Source: Heterodontus francisci
Lineage: Eukaryota
Assembly (NCBI RefSeq): GCF_036365525.1
Contig: NC_090399.1
Location: 42,874,430 to 42,938,429, forward strand
Direction: 5' to 3'
DNA length: 64,000 nucleotides
The notes beneath the pieces are model-generated. The model was not told where the DNA came from. It worked only from the letters and a program-made list of their open reading frames with translations, and made no database searches. Shown in pieces: positions 1-18,000 of this stretch; position 1 is the stretch's first letter, and each line of letters begins with the position of its first letter. The position numbers and the translations under genes were made by a program.

Positions 1-3000
1 AAAAACACCAGCCCCACACAGAGAGAGACATCAGGACATGAACCCCAAAGCACCAACCCGTCACAGAGAAACATCAGGACATGAACCCCAAAATACCAAC
101 CCCACACAGAGAGAGACATCAGGAAATGAACCCCAAAACACCAACCCCACGCAGAGAGTCATCAGGACATGAACCCCAAAACACCAACCCCACACAGAGA
201 GACATCAGGACATGAACCCAAAAACACCAGCCCCACACAGAGAGAGACATCAGGACATGAACCCCAAAGCACCAACCCTTCACAGAGAAACATCAGGACA
301 TGAACCCCAAAATACCAACCCCACACAGAGAGAGACATCAGGAAATGAACCCCAAAACACCAACCCCACGCAGAGAGTCATCAGGACATGAACCCCAAAA
401 CACCAACCCCACACAGAGAGACATCAGGACATGAACCCCAAAACACCAACCCCACACAGAGAGACATCAGGACATGAAGCCCAAAACACCAACCCCACAC
501 AGAGAGACATCAGGACATGAACCCCAAAACACCAACCCCACACAGAGAGACATCAGGACATGAACCCCAAAACACCAACCCCACACAGAGAGACATCAGG
601 ACATGAACCCCAAAACACCAACCCCACGCAGAGAGTCATCAGGACATGAACCCCAAAACACCAACCCCACGCAGAGAGTCATCAGGACATGAACCCCAAA
701 GCACCAACCCCTCACAGAGAAACATCAGGACATGAACCCCAAAATACCAACCCCACACAGAGAGAGACATCAGGACATGAACCCCAAAACACCAACACCA
801 CGCAGAGAGACATCAGGACATGAACCCCAAAACACCAACCCCACACAGAGAGACATCAGGACATGAACCCCAAAACACCAACCCCACACAAAGAGACATC
901 AGGACATGAACTCCAAAACACCAACCCCACACAGAGAGACATCAGGATATGAACCCCAAAACACAAACCCCACACAGAGAGACATCAGGACATGAACTCC
1001 AAAACACCAACCCCACACAGAGAGACATCTGGACATGAACCCCAAAACACCAACCCCACACATCGAGACACATCAAGACATGAACCCCAAAACACCAACC
1101 CCACACAGAGAGAGACATCAGGACATGAACCCCAAAACACCAACCCCACACAGAGAAACATCAGGACATGAAACCCAAAACACCAACCCCACTTAGAGCG
1201 AGACATCAGGACATGAACCCCAAAACACCAACCCCACACAGAGAGACACATCAGGACATGAACCCCAAAACACCAACCCCACTTAGAGCGAGACATCAGG
1301 ACATGAACCCCAAAACACCAACCCCACACAGAGAGACACATCAGGACATGAACCCCAAAACACCAACCCCACAGAGAGAAAGACATCAGGACATGAACCC
1401 CAAAACACCAACCCCACACAGAGAAACATCAGGACATGAACCCCAAAACACCAACCCCACACAGAGAAACAACAGGACATGAAACCCAAAACACCAACCC
1501 CACTTAGAGCGAGACATCAGGACATGAACCCCAAAACACCAACCCCACACAGAGAGAAACATCAGGACATGAACCCCAAAACACCAACCCCACACAGAGA
1601 GACACATCAGGACATGAACCCCAAAACACCAACCCCACAGAGAGAGACATCAGGACATGAACCCCAAAACACTAACCCCACACAGAGAGAAACATCAAGA
1701 CATGAACCCCAAAACACCAACCCCACATATCGAGACACATCAGGACATGAACCCCAAAACACCAACCCCACACAGAGACACATCAGGACATGAACCCCAA
1801 AACACCAACACAAGAGAGACATCAGGACATGAACCCCAAAACACCAACCCCACTTAGAGCGAGACATCAGGACATGAACCCCAAAACACCAACCCCACTG
1901 AGAGCGAGACATCAGGACATGAACCCCAAAACACTAACCCCACACAGAGAGAAACATCAGGACATGAACCCCAAAACACCAACCCCACACAGAGAGACAC
2001 ATCAGGACATGAACCCCAAAACACCAACCCCACAGAGAGAGACATCAGGACATGAACCCCAAAACACTAACCCCACACAGAGAGAAACATCAAGACATGA
2101 ACCCCAAAACACCAACCCCACATATCGAGACACATCAGGACATGAACCCCAAAACACCAACCCCACACAGAGACACATCAGGACATGAACCCCAAAACAC
2201 CAACCCCACACAGAGAGACATCAGGATATGAACCCAAAACACCAGCCCCACTTAGAGCGAGACATCAGGACATGAACCCCAAAACACCAACCCCACTTAG
2301 AGCGAGACATCAGGACATGAACCCCAAAACACCAACCCCACACAGAGAGACACATCAGGACATGAACCCCAAAACACCAACCCCACAGAGAGAGACATCA
2401 GGACATGAACCCCAAAACACTAACCCCACACAGAGAGAAACATCAAGACATGAACCCCAAAACACCAACCCCACATATCGAGACACATCAGGACATGAAC
2501 CCCAAAACACCAACCCCACACAGAGACACATCAGGACATGAACCCCAAAACACCAACACAAGAGAGACATCAGGACATGAACCCCAAAACACCAACCCCA
2601 CTTAGAGCGAGACATCAGGACATGAACCCCAAAACACCAACCCCACTGAGAGCGAGACATCAGGACATGAAACCCAAAACACTAACCCCACACAGAGAGA
2701 AACATCAGGACATGAACCCCAAAACACCAACCCCACACAGAGAGACACATCAGGACATGAACCCCAAAACACCATCCCCACAGAGAGAGACATCAGGACA
2801 TGAACCCCAAAACACTAACCCCACACAGAGAGAAACATCAAGACATGAACCCCAAAACACCAACCCCACATATCGAGACACATCAGGACATGAACCCCAA
2901 AACACCAACCCCACACAGAGACACATCAGGACATGAACCCCAAAACACCAACCCCACACAGAGAGACATCAGGATATGAACCCAAAACACCAACCCCACT

Positions 3001-6000
3001 TAGAGCGAGACATCAGGACATGAACCCAAAACACCAACCCCACTTAGAGCGAGACATCAGGACATGAACCCCAAAACACCAACCCCACACAGAGAGACAC
3101 ATCAGGACATGAAACCCAAAACACCAACACAAGAGAGACATCAGGACATGAACCCCAAAACACCAACCCCACACAGAGAGAGACGTCAGGACATGAACCC
3201 CAAAACACCAACACAAGAGAGACATCAGGACATGAACCCCAAAACACCAACCCCACACAGAGACACATCAGGACATGAACCCCAAAACACCAACCCCACA
3301 AAAAGACATCAGGACATAAACCCCAAAACACCAACCCTACACAGAGAGACATCAGGACATGAACCCCAAAACACCAACCCCACATAGGGAGACATCAGAA
3401 CATGAACCCAAAAACACCAGCCCCACACAGAGAGAGACATCAGGACATGAACCCCAAAGCACCAACCCCTCACAGAGAAACATCAGGACATGAACCCCAA
3501 AATACTAACCTCACACAGAGAGAGACATCAGGACATGAACCCCAAAACACCAACCCCACGCAGAGAGTCATCAGGACATGAACCCCAAAACACCAACCCC
3601 ACACAGAGAGACATCAGGACATGAACCCCAAAACACCAACCCCACACAGAGAGACATCAGGACATGAACCCCAAAACACCAACCCCACACAGAGAGACAT
3701 CAGGACATGAACCCCAAAACACCAACCCCACACAGAGAGAGATCAGGACATGAACCCCAAAACACCAACCCCACGCAGAGAGTCATCAGGACATGAACCC
3801 CAAAACACCAACCCCACGCAGAGAGTCATCAGGACATGAACCCCAAAGCACCAACCCCTCACAGAGAAACATCAGGACATGAACCCCAAAATACCAACCC
3901 CACACAGAGAGAGACATCAGGACATGAACCCCAAAACACCAACCCCACGCAGAGAGACATCAGGACATGAACCCCAAAACACCAACCCCACACAGAGAGA
4001 CATCAGGACATGAACCCCAAAACACAAACCCCACACAGAGAGACATCAGGACATGAACTCCAAAACACCAACCCCACACAGAGAGACATCAGGACATGAA
4101 CCCCAAAACACCAACCCCACACATCGAGACACATCAAGACATGAACCCCAAAACACCAACCCCACACAGAGAGAGACATCAGGACATGAACCCCAAAACA
4201 CCAACCCCACACAGAGAGACACATCAGGACATGAACCCCAAAACACCAACCCCACTTAGAGCGAGACATCAGGACATGAACCCCAAAACACCAACCCCAC
4301 ACAGAGAGACACATCAGGACATGAACCCCAAAACACCAACCCCACAGAGAGAAAGACATCAGGACATGAACCCCAAAAAACCAACCCCACACAGAGAAAC
4401 ATCAGGACATGAACCCCAAAACACCAACCCCACACAGAGAAACATCAGGACATGAACCCCAAAACACCAACCCCACACAGAGAAACATCAGGACATGAAA
4501 CCCAAAACACCAACCCCACTTAGAGCGAGACATCAGGACATGAACCCCAAAACACCAACCCCACACAGAGAGAAACATCAGGACATGAACCCCAAAACAC
4601 CAACCCCACACAGAGAGACACATCAGGACATGAACCCCAAAACACCATCCCCACAGAGAGAGACATCAGGACATGAACCCCAAAACACTAACCCCACACA
4701 GAGAGAAACATCAAGACATGAACCCCAAAACACCAACCCCACATATCGAGACACATCAGGACATGAACCCCAAAACACCAACCCCACACAGAGACACATC
4801 AGGACATGAACCCCAAAACACCAACCCCACACAGAGAGACATCAGGATATGAACCCAAAACACCAACCCCACTTAGAGCGAGACATCAGGACATGAACCC
4901 AAAACACCAACCCCACTTAGAGCGAGACATCAGGACATGAACCCCAAAACACCAACCCCACACAGAGAGACACATCAGGACATGAAACCCAAAACACCAA
5001 CACAAGAGAGACATCAGGACATGAACCCCAAAACACCAACCCCACACAGAGAGAGACGTCAGGACATGAACCCCAAAACACCAACACAAGAGAGACATCA
5101 GGACATGAACCCCAAAACACCAACCCCACACAGAGACACATCAGGACATGAACCCCAAAACACCAACCCCACAAAAAGACATCAGGACATAAACCCCAAA
5201 ACACCAACCCTACACAGAGAGACATCAGGACATGAACCCCAAAACACCAACCCCACATAGGGAGACATCAGAACATGAACCCAAAAACACCAGCCCCACA
5301 CAGAGAGAGACATCAGGACATGAACCCCAAAGCACCAACCCCTCACAGAGAAACATCAGGACATGAACCCCAAAATACTAACCTCACACAGAGAGAGACA
5401 TCAGGACATGAACCCCAAAACACCAACCCCACGCAGAGAGTCATCAGGACATGAACCCCAAAACACCAACCCCACACAGAGAGACATCAGGACATGAACC
5501 CCAAAACACCAACCCCACACAGAGAGACATCAGGACATGAACCCCAAAACACCAACCCCACACAGAGAGACATCAGGACATGAACCCCAAAACACCAACC
5601 CCACACAGAGAGAGATCAGGACATGAACCCCAAAACACCAACCCCACGCAGAGAGTCATCAGGACATGAACCCCAAAACACCAACCCCACGCAGAGAGTC
5701 ATCAGGACATGAACCCCAAAGCACCAACCCCTCACAGAGAAACATCAGGACATGAACCCCAAAATACCAACCCCACACAGAGAGAGACATCAGGACATGA
5801 ACCCCAAAACACCAACCCCACGCAGAGAGACATCAGGACATGAACCCCAAAACACCAACCCCACACAGAGAGACATCAGGACATGAACCCCAAAACACAA
5901 ACCCCACACAGAGAGACATCAGGACATGAACTCCAAAACACCAACCCCACACAGAGAGACATCAGGACATGAACCCCAAAACACCAACCCCACACATCGA

Positions 6001-9000
6001 GACACATCAAGACATGAACCCCAAAACACCAACCCCACACAGAGAGAGACATCAGGACATGAACCCCAAAACACCAACCCCACACAGAGAGACACATCAG
6101 GACATGAACCCCAAAACACCAACCCCACTTAGAGCGAGACATCAGGACATGAACCCCAAAACACCAACCCCACACAGAGAGACACATCAGGACATGAACC
6201 CCAAAACACCAACCCCACAGAGAGAAAGACATCAGGACATGAACCCCAAAAAACCAACCCCACACAGAGAAACATCAGGACATGAACCCCAAAACACCAA
6301 CCCCACACAGAGAAACATCAGGACATGAACCCCAAAACACCAACCCCACACAGAGAAACATCAGGACATGAAACCCAAAACACCAACCCCACTTAGAGCG
6401 AGACATCAGGACATGAACCCCAAAACACCAACCCCACACAGAGAGAAACATCAGGACATGAAGCCCAAAACACCAACCCCACACAGAGAGACACATCAGG
6501 ACATGAACCCCAAAACACCAACCCCACAGAGAGAGACATCAGGACATGAACCCCAAAACACTAACCCCACACAGAGAGAAACATCAAGACATGAACCCCA
6601 AAACACCAACCCCACATATCGAGACACATCAGGACATGAACCCCAAAACACCAACCCCACACAGAGACACATCAGGACATGAACCCCAAAACACCAACAC
6701 AAGAGAGACATCAGGACATGAACCCCAAAACACCAACCCCACTTAGAGCGAGACATCAGGACATGAACCCCAAAACACCAACCCCACTTAGAGCGAGACA
6801 TCAGGACATGAACCCCAAAACACTAACCCCACACAGAGAGAAACATCAGGACATGAACCCCAAAACACCAACCCCACACAGAGAGACACATCAGGACATG
6901 AACCCCAAAACACCAACCCCACAGAGAGAGACATCAGGACATGAACCCCAAAACACTAACCCCACACAGAGAGAAACATCAAGACATGAACCCCAAAACA
7001 CCAACCCCACACACAGAGAAACATCAGGACATGAACCCTAAAACACTAACCCCACACACGGAGACACATCAGGACATGAACTCCAAAACACCAACACAAG
7101 AGAGACATCAGGACATGAACCCCAAAACACCAACCCCACACAGATGAGACATCAGGACATGAACCCCAAAACACCAACCCCACACAGAGAGACATCAGGA
7201 CATGAACCCCAAAACACCAACCCCACCCAGAGAGACATCAGGACATGAACCCCAAAACACCAACACAAGAGAGACATCAGGATATGAACCCCAACACACC
7301 AACATCACTCGGAGAGACATCAGGATATGAACCCCAAAACACCAACACAAGAGAGACATCAGGACATGAACCCCAAAACACCAACACAAGAGAGACATCA
7401 GGACATGAACCCCAAAACACCAACACAAGAGACACATCAGGACATGAACCCCAAAACACCAACCCCACACAGAGAGGCATCAGGACATGAACCCCAAAAC
7501 ACCAACACAAGAGAGACATCAGGACATGAACCCCAAAACACCAACCCCACACAGAGAGGCATCAGGACATGAACCCCAAAACACCAACACAAGAGAGACA
7601 TCAGGACATGAACCCCAAAACACCAACACAAGAGAGACATCAGGACATGAACCCCAAAACACCAACCCCACGCAGAGAGGCATCAGGACATGAACCCCAA
7701 AACACCAACCCCACGCAGAGAGGCATCAGGACATGAACCCCAAAACACCAACCCCACACAGAGACACATCAGGACATGAACCCCAAAACACCAACCCCAC
7801 ACAGAGACACATCAGGACATGAACCCCAAAACACCAACCCCACACAGAGACACATCAGGACATGAACCCCAAAACACCAACCCCACACAGAGACACATCA
7901 GGACATGAACCCCAAAACACCAACCCCACACAGAGACACATCAGGACATGAACCCCAAAACACCAACACCGCACAGAGACACATCAGGACATGAACCCCA
8001 AAACACCAACACAAGAGAAACATCAGGACATGAACCCCAAAACACCAACCCCACACAGAGCGGCATCAGGACATGAACCCCAAAACACCAACACAAGAGA
8101 GACATCAGGACATGAACCCGAAAACACCAACACCGCACAGAGACACATCAGGACATGAACCCCAAAACACCAACACAAGAGAAACATCAGGACATGAACC
8201 CAAAACACCAACCCCACACATCGAGACACATCAGGACATGAACCCCAAAACACCAACACAAGAGAGACATCAGGACATGAACCCCAAAACACCAACCGCA
8301 CACAGAGAGACATCAGGACATGAACCCCAAAACACCAACACAAGAGAGACATCAGGACATGAACCCCAAAACACCAACACAACAGAGACATCAGGACATG
8401 AACCCAAAAACACCAGCCCCACACAGAGAGAGACATCAGGACATGAACCCCAAAGCACCAACCCGTCACAGAGAAACATCAGGACATGAACCCCAAAATA
8501 CCAACCCCACACAGAGAGAGACATCAGGACATGAACCCCAAAACACCAACCCACACAGAGAGGCATCAGGACATGAACCCCAAAACACCAACACAAGAGA
8601 GACATCAGGACATGAACCCCAAAACACCAACCCCACACAGAGAGGCATCAGGACATGAACCCCAAAACACCAACACAAGAGAGACATCAGGACATGAACC
8701 CCAAAACACCAACACCACGCAAAGAGGCATCAGGACATGAACCCCAAAACACCAACACAAGAGAGACATCAGGACATGAACCCCAAAACACCAACCCCAC
8801 ACAGAGAGGCATCAGGACATGAACCCCAAAACACCAACACAAGAGACACATCAGGACATGAACCCCAAAACACCAACCCCACACAGAGACACATCAGGAC
8901 ATGAACCCCAAAACACCAACACCACACAGAGAGGCATCAGGACATGAACCCCAAAACACCAACACAAGAGAGACATCAGGACATGAACCCCAAAACACCA

Positions 9001-12000
9001 ACACCACACAGAGAGGCATCAGGACATGAACCCCAAAACACCAACACAAGAGAGACATCAGGACATGAACCCCAAAACACCAACCCCACACAGAGAGGCA
9101 TCAGGACATGAACCCCAAAACACCAACACAAGAGACACATCAGGACATAAACACCAAAACACCAACCCCACACAGAGACACATCAGGACATGAACCCCAA
9201 CACACCAACCCCACAGAGACACATCAGGATATGAACACCAAAACACCAACCCCACACAGAGAGACATCAGTACATGAACCCCAAAACACCAACCCCACCC
9301 AGAGAGACATCAAGACATGAACCCCAAAACACCAACCCCACACAGAGACACATGAGGACATGAACCCCAAAACACCAACCCCACACAGAGAGAGACATCA
9401 GGATATGAACCCCAACACACCAACATCGCACAGAGAGACATCAGGATATGAACCCCAAAACACCAACCCCACCCAGAGATACATCAGGACATGAACCCCA
9501 AAACACCAACCCCACAGAAAAACATCAGGACGTGAACCCCAAATCACCAACACCACACAGAGAAACATCAGGACATGAACCCCAAAACACCAACCCCACA
9601 GAGAGAAAGACATCAGGACATGAACCCCAAAACACCAACCCCACAGAAAAACATCAGGACGGAACCCCAAAACACCAACCCCACAGAGAGAAAGACATCA
9701 GGACATGAACCCCAAAACACTAACCCCACACAGAGACACATCAGGACATGAACCCCAAAACACTAACCCCACACAGAGAGACATCAGGACATGAACCCCA
9801 AAACACCAACCCCACACAGAGACACACATCAGGACATGAAACCCAAAACACCAACCCCACGGAGAGAGACATCAGGACATGAACCCCAAAACACCAACCC
9901 CACACAGAGAGACATCAGGACATGAACCCCAAAACACCAACCCCACACAGAGAGACATCAGGACATGAACCCCAAAACACCAACCCCACACAGAGAGACA
10001 TCAGGACATGAACCCCAAAACACTAACCCCACACAGAGAGACATCAGGACATGAACCCCAAAACACTAACCCCACACAGAGAGACATCAGGACATGAACC
10101 CCAAAACACCAACCCCACACAGAGAGACGTCAGGACATGAACCCCAAAACACCAACCCCACACAGAGAGACATCAGGACATGAACCCCAAAACACTAACC
10201 CCACACAGAGACACACATCAGGACATGAAACCCAAAACACTAACCCCACACAGAGACACATCAGGACATGAACCCCAAAACACCAACCCCACAGAGAGAC
10301 ACATCAGGACATGAACCCCAAAACACCAACCCCACACAGAGAGACACATCAGGACATGAACCCCAAAACACCAACCCCACACAGAGAGACATCAGGACAT
10401 GAACCCCAAAACACCAAACCCACACAGAGAGACATCAGGACATGAACCCCAAAACACCAACCCCAGATAGACACATCAGGACATGAACCCCAAAACACCA
10501 ACCCCACACAGAGGCACATCAGGACATGAACCCCAAAACACCAACCCCACAGAAAAACATCAGGACATGAACCCCAAAACACCAACCCCACAGAGAGACA
10601 CATCAGGACATGAACCCCAAAACACCAACCCCAGATAGACACATCAGGACATGAACCCCAAAACACCAACCCCACAGAAAAACATCAGGACATGAACCCC
10701 AAAACACTAACCCCACACAGAGACACACATCAGGACATGAAACCCAAAACACTAACCCCACACAGAGAGACATCAGGACATGAACCCCAAAACACTAACC
10801 CCACACAGAGACACACATCAGGACATGAAACCCAAAACACTAACCCCACACAGAGAGACACATCAGGACATGAACCCCAAAACACCAACCCCACAGAGAG
10901 ACACATCAGGACATGAACCCCAAAACACCAACCCCACACAGAGAGACACATCAGGACATGAACCCCAAAACACCAACCCCACACAGAGAGACATCAGGAC
11001 ATAAACACCAAACCCACACAGAGAGACATCAGGACATGAACCCCAAAACACCAACCCCAGATAGACACATCAGGACATGAACCCCAAAACACCAACCCCA
11101 CACAGAGGCACATCAGGACATGAACCCCAAAACACCAACCCCACAGAAAAACATCAGGACATGAACCCCAAAACACCAACCCCACAGAGAGACACATCAG
11201 GACATGAACCCCAAAACACCAACCCCAGATAGACACATCAGGACATGAACCCCAAAACACCAACCCCACAGAAAAACATCAGGACATGAACCCCAAAACA
11301 CCAACACCACTCGGAGACACATCAGGACATGAACCCCAAAACCCAACCCCACAGAAAGACATCTGGACATGATGCCCAAAACACCAACCCCACACAGAGT
11401 CATCAGGACATGAACCCCAAAACACCAACCCCACACAGAGACACATTAGTTCATGAACCCCAAAACACCAACCCCACGGAGAGACATCAGTTCATGAACC
11501 CCAAAACACCAACCCCACGGAAAGACATCAGGACATGAACCCCAAAACACCAACACAAGAGAGACATCAGGACATGAACCCCAAAACACCAACCCCACAC
11601 AGAGAGACATCAGGACATGAACCCCAAAACACCAAACCCACACAGAGAGAGACATCAGGACATGAACCCCAAAACACAAACCCCACACAGAGAGAGACAT
11701 CAGGACATGAACCCCAAAACACCAACACCACACAGAGAGACATCAGGACATGAACCCCAAAACACCAACCCCACACAGAGAGCCATCAGGACATGAACCC
11801 CAAAACACCAACCACACACAGAGAGAGACATCAGGACATGAACCCCAAAACACCAACACCACACAGAGAGACATCAGGACATGAACCCCAAAACACCAAC
11901 CCCACACAGAGAGCCATCAGGACATGAACCCCAAAACACAAACCCCACACAGAGAGAGACATCAGGACATGAACCCCAAAACACCAACCCCACAGAAAGA

Positions 12001-15000
12001 CATCAGGACGTGAACCCCAAAACACCAACACCTCACAGAGAAACATCAGGACGTGAACCCCAAAACACCAACCCCACACAGAGAAACATCAGGACATGAA
12101 CCCCAAAACACCAACCCCACACAGAGAAACATCAGGACATGAACCCCAAAACACCAACCCCATACAGAGACATCAGGACATGAACCCCAAAACACCAACC
12201 CCACACAGAGAAACATCAGGACATGAACCCCAAAACACCAACACCTCACAGAGAGACATCAGGACGTGAACCCCAAAACACCAACATCACACATCGAGAC
12301 ACATCAGGACATGAACCCCAAAACACCAACCCCACACAGAGAAACATCAGGACATGAACCCCAAAACACCAACCCCACACAGAGAAACATCAGGACATGA
12401 ACCCCAAAACACCAACCCCACACAGAGAAACATCAGGACATGAACCCCAAAACACCAACCCCACACAGAGAAACATCAGGACATGAACCCCAAAACACCA
12501 ACCCCACACAGAGAAACATCAGGACATGAACCCCAAAACACCAACCCCACACAGAGAGACATCAGGACATGAACCCCAAAACACCAACCCCACACATCGA
12601 GACACATCAGGACATGAATCCCAAAACGCCAACCCCACATATCGAGACACATCAGGACATGAACCCCAAACCACTAACCCCACACAGAGAGACACATCAG
12701 GACATGAACCCCAAAACACCAACCCCACACAGAGACACATCAGGATATGAACCCCAAAACACCAACCCCACGCAGAGACACATCAGGGAATGAACCCCAA
12801 AACACCAACACGAGAGAGACATCAGGACATGAACCCCAAAACACCAACCCCACCAGAGAGACATCAGGATATGAACCCCAAAACACCAACCCCACGCAGA
12901 GTCATCAGGACATGAACCCCAAAACACCAACCCCACACAGAGACACATCAGTTCATGAACCCCAAAACACCAACCCCACGGAAAGACATCAGGACGTGAA
13001 CCCCAAAACACCAACACAAGAGAGACATCAGGACATGAACCCCAAAATGCCAACCACACACAGAGAGACACATCAGGACATGAACACCAAAACACCAACA
13101 ACACACAGAGAGACATCAGGATATGAACCCAAAACACCAACACTACAGAGATAAAGACATCAGGACATGAACCCCAAAACACCAACACAAGAGAAACATC
13201 AGGACATGAACCCCAAAACACCAACCCCACACAGAGAGGCATCAGGACATGAACCCCAAAACACCAACACAAGAGAGACACATCAGGACTTGAACCCCAA
13301 AACACCAACACAAGAGAAACATCAGGACATGAACCCAAAACACCAACCCCACACATCGAGACACATCAGGACATGAACCCCAAAACACCAACACAAGAGA
13401 GACATCAGGACATGAACCCCAAAACACCAACCCCACACAGAGAGACATCAGGACATGAAGCCCAAAACACCAACACAAGAGAGACATCAGGACATGAACC
13501 CCAAAACACCAACACAAGAGAGACATCAGGACAAGAACCCCAAAACACCAACACAAGAGAGACATCAGGACATGAACCCCAAAACACCAACCCCACACAG
13601 AGAGACATCAGGACATGAACCCCAAAACACCAACACAAGAGAGACATCAGGACATGAACCCCAAAACACCAACCCCACGCAGAGAGGCATCAGGACATGA
13701 ACCCCAAAACACCAACACAAGAGAGACATCAGGACATGAACCCCAAAACACCAACCCCACACAGAGAGGCATCAGGACATGAACCCCAAAACACCAACAC
13801 AAGAGAGACATCAGGACATGAACCCCAAAACACCAACCCCACACAGAGAGGCATCAGGACATGAACCCCAAAACACCAACACAAGAGAGACATCAGGACA
13901 TGAACCCCAAAACACCAACACAAGAGACACATCAGGACATGAATCCCAAAACGCCAACCCCACATATCGAGACACATCAGGACATGAACCCCAAAACACT
14001 AACCCCACACAGAGAGACACATCAGGACATGAACCCCAAAACACCAACCCCACACAGAGAGACATCAGGATCTGAACCCCAAAACACCAACCCCACGCAG
14101 AGACACATCAGGGCATGAACCCCAAAACACCAACACGAGAGAGACATCAGGACATGAACCCCAAAACACCTACCCCACCAGAGAGACATCAGGATATGAA
14201 CCCCAAAACACCAACCCCACAAAGAGAGACACATCAGGACATGAACCCCAAAACACCAACCCCACCAGAGAGACATCAGGATATGAACCCCAAAACACCA
14301 ACCCCACGCAGAGAGACATCAGGACGTGAACCCCAAAACACCAACATCACACATCGAGACACATCAGGACATGAACCCCAAAACACCAACCCCACCAGAG
14401 AGACATCAGGATATGAACCCCAAAACACCAACCCCACAAAGAGAGACACATCAGGACATGAACCCCAAAACACCAACCCCACCAGAGAGACATCAGGATA
14501 TGAACCCCAAAACACCAACCCCACGCAGAGAGACATCAGGATATGAACCCCAAAACACCAACACCACTCGGAGACACATCAGGACATGAACCCCAAAACC
14601 CAACCCCACAGAAAGACATCTGGACATGAACCCCAAAACACCAACCCCACGCAGAGGCATCAGGACATGAACCCCAAAACACCAACCCCACACAGAGACA
14701 CATCAGCTCATGAACCCCAAAACACCAACCCCACGGAAAGACATCAGGACGTGAACCCCAAAACACCAACACAAGAGAGACATCAGGACATGAACCCCAA
14801 AACGCCAACCACACACAGAGAGACACATCAGGACATGAACCCCAAAACACCAACAACACACAGAGAGACATCAGGATATGAACCCAAAACACCAACACTA
14901 CAGAGAGAAAGACATCAGGACATGAACCCCAAAACACCAACACAAGAGAAACATCAGGACATGAACCCCAAAACACCAACCCCACACAGAGAGGCATCAG

Positions 15001-18000
15001 GACATGAACCCCAAAACACCAACACAAGAGAGACATCAGGACATGAACCCGAAAACACCAACACCGCACAGAGACACATCAGGACTTGAACCCCAAAACA
15101 CCAACACAAGAGAAACATCAGGACATGAACCCAAAACACCAACCCCACACATCAACACACATCAGGACATGAACCCCAAAACACCAACACAAGAGAGACA
15201 TCAGGACATGAACCCCAAAACACCAACCCCACACAGAGAGACATCAGGACATGAACCCCAAAACACCAACACAAGAGAGACATCAGGACATGAACCCCAA
15301 AACACCAACACAAGAGAGACATCAGGACATGAACCCCAAAACACCAACACAAGAGAGACATCAGGACATGAACCCCAAAACACCAACCCCACACAGAGAC
15401 ATCAGGACATGAACCCCAAAACACCAACACAAGAGAGACATCAGGACATGAACCCCAAAACACCAACCCCACGCAGAGAGGCATCAGGACATGAACCCCA
15501 AAACACCAACACAAGAGAGACATCAGGACATGAACCCCAAAACACCAACCCCACACAGAGAGGCATCAGGACATGAACCCCAAAACACCAACAACACACA
15601 GAGAGACATCAGGATATGAACCCAAAACACCAACACTACAGAGAGAAAGACATCAGGACATGAACCCCAAAACACCAACACAAGAGAAACATCAGGACAT
15701 GAACCCCAAAACACCAACCCCACACAGAGAGGCATCAGGACATGAACCCCAAAACACCAACACAAGAGAGACATCAGGACATGAACCCCAAAACACCAAC
15801 CACACACAGAGACACATCAGGATATGAACCCCAAAACACCAACCCCACGCAGAGACACATCAGGGAATGAACCCCAAAACACCAACACGAGAGAGACATC
15901 AGGACATGAACCCCAAAACACCAACCCCACCAGAGAGACATCAGGATATGAACCCCAAAACACCAACCCCACGCAGAGTCATCAGGACATGAACCCCAAA
16001 ACACCAACCCCACACAGAGACACATCAGTTCATGAACCCCAAAACACCAACCCCACGGAAAGACATCAGGACGTGAACCCCAAAACACCAACACAAGAGA
16101 GACATCAGGACATGAACCCCAAAATGCCAACCACACACAGAGAGACACATCAGGACATGAACACCAAAACACCAACAACACACAGAGAGACATCAGGATA
16201 TGAACCCAAAACACCAACACTACAGAGATAAAGACATCAGGACATGAACCCCAAAACACCAACACAAGAGAAACATCAGGACATGAACCCCAAAACACCA
16301 ACCCCACACAGAGAGGCATCAGGACATGAACCCCAAAACACCAACACAAGAGAGACACATCAGGACTTGAACCCCAAAACACCAACACAAGAGAAACATC
16401 AGGACATGAACCCAAAACACCAACCCCACACATCGAGACACATCAGGACATGAACCCCAAAACACCAACACAAGAGAGACATCAGGACATGAACCCCAAA
16501 ACACCAACCCCACACAGAGAGACATCAGGACATGAAGCCCAAAACACCAACACAAGAGAGACATCAGGACATGAACCCCAAAACACCAACACAAGAGAGA
16601 CATCAGGACAAGAACCCCAAAACACCAACACAAGAGAGACATCAGGACATGAACCCCAAAACACCAACCCCACACAGAGAGACATCAGGACATGAACCCC
16701 AAAACACCAACACAAGAGAGACATCAGGACATGAACCCCAAAACACCAACCCCACGCAGAGAGGCATCAGGACATGAACCCCAAAACACCAACACAAGAG
16801 AGACATCAGGACATGAACCCCAAAACACCAACCCCACACAGAGAGGCATCAGGACATGAACCCCAAAACACCAACACAAGAGACACATCAGGACATGAAT
16901 CCCAAAACGCCAACCCCACATATCGAGACACATCAGGACATGAACCCCAAAACACTAACCCCACACAGAGAGACACATCAGGACATGAACCCCAAAACAC
17001 CAACCCCACACAGAGAGACATCAGGATCTGAACCCCAAAACACCAACCCCACGCAGAGACACATCAGGGCATGAACCCCAAAACACCAACACGAGAGAGA
17101 CATCAGGACATGAACCCCAAAACACCTACCCCACCAGAGAGACATCAGGATATGAACCCCAAAACACCAACCCCACAAAGAGAGACACATCAGGACATGA
17201 ACCCCAAAACACCAACCCCACCAGAGAGACATCAGGATATGAACCCCAAAACACCAACCCCACGCAGAGAGACATCAGGACGTGAACCCCAAAACACCAA
17301 CATCACACATCGAGACACATCAGGACATGAACCCCAAAACACCAACCCCACCAGAGAGACATCAGGATATGAACCCCAAAACACCAACCCCACAAAGAGA
17401 GACACATCAGGACATGAACCCCAAAACACCAACCCCACCAGAGAGACATCAGGATATGAACCCCAAAACACCAACCCCACGCAGAGAGACATCAGGATAT
17501 GAACCCCAAAACACCAACACCACTCGGAGACACATCAGGACATGAACCCCAAAACCCAACCCCACAGAAAGACATCTGGACATGAACCCCAAAACACCAA
17601 CCCCACGCAGAGGCATCAGGACATGAACCCCAAAACACCAACCCCACACAGAGACACATCAGCTCATGAACCCCAAAACACCAACCCCACGGAAAGACAT
17701 CAGGACGTGAACCCCAAAACACCAACACAAGAGAGACATCAGGACATGAACCCCAAAACGCCAACCACACACAGAGAGACACATCAGGACATGAACCCCA
17801 AAACACCAACAACACACAGAGAGACATCAGGATATGAACCCAAAACACCAACACTACAGAGAGAAAGACATCAGGACATGAACCCCAAAACACCAACACA
17901 AGAGAAACATCAGGACATGAACCCCAAAACACCAACCCCACACAGAGAGGCATCAGGACATGAACCCCAAAACACCAACACAAGAGAGACATCAGGACAT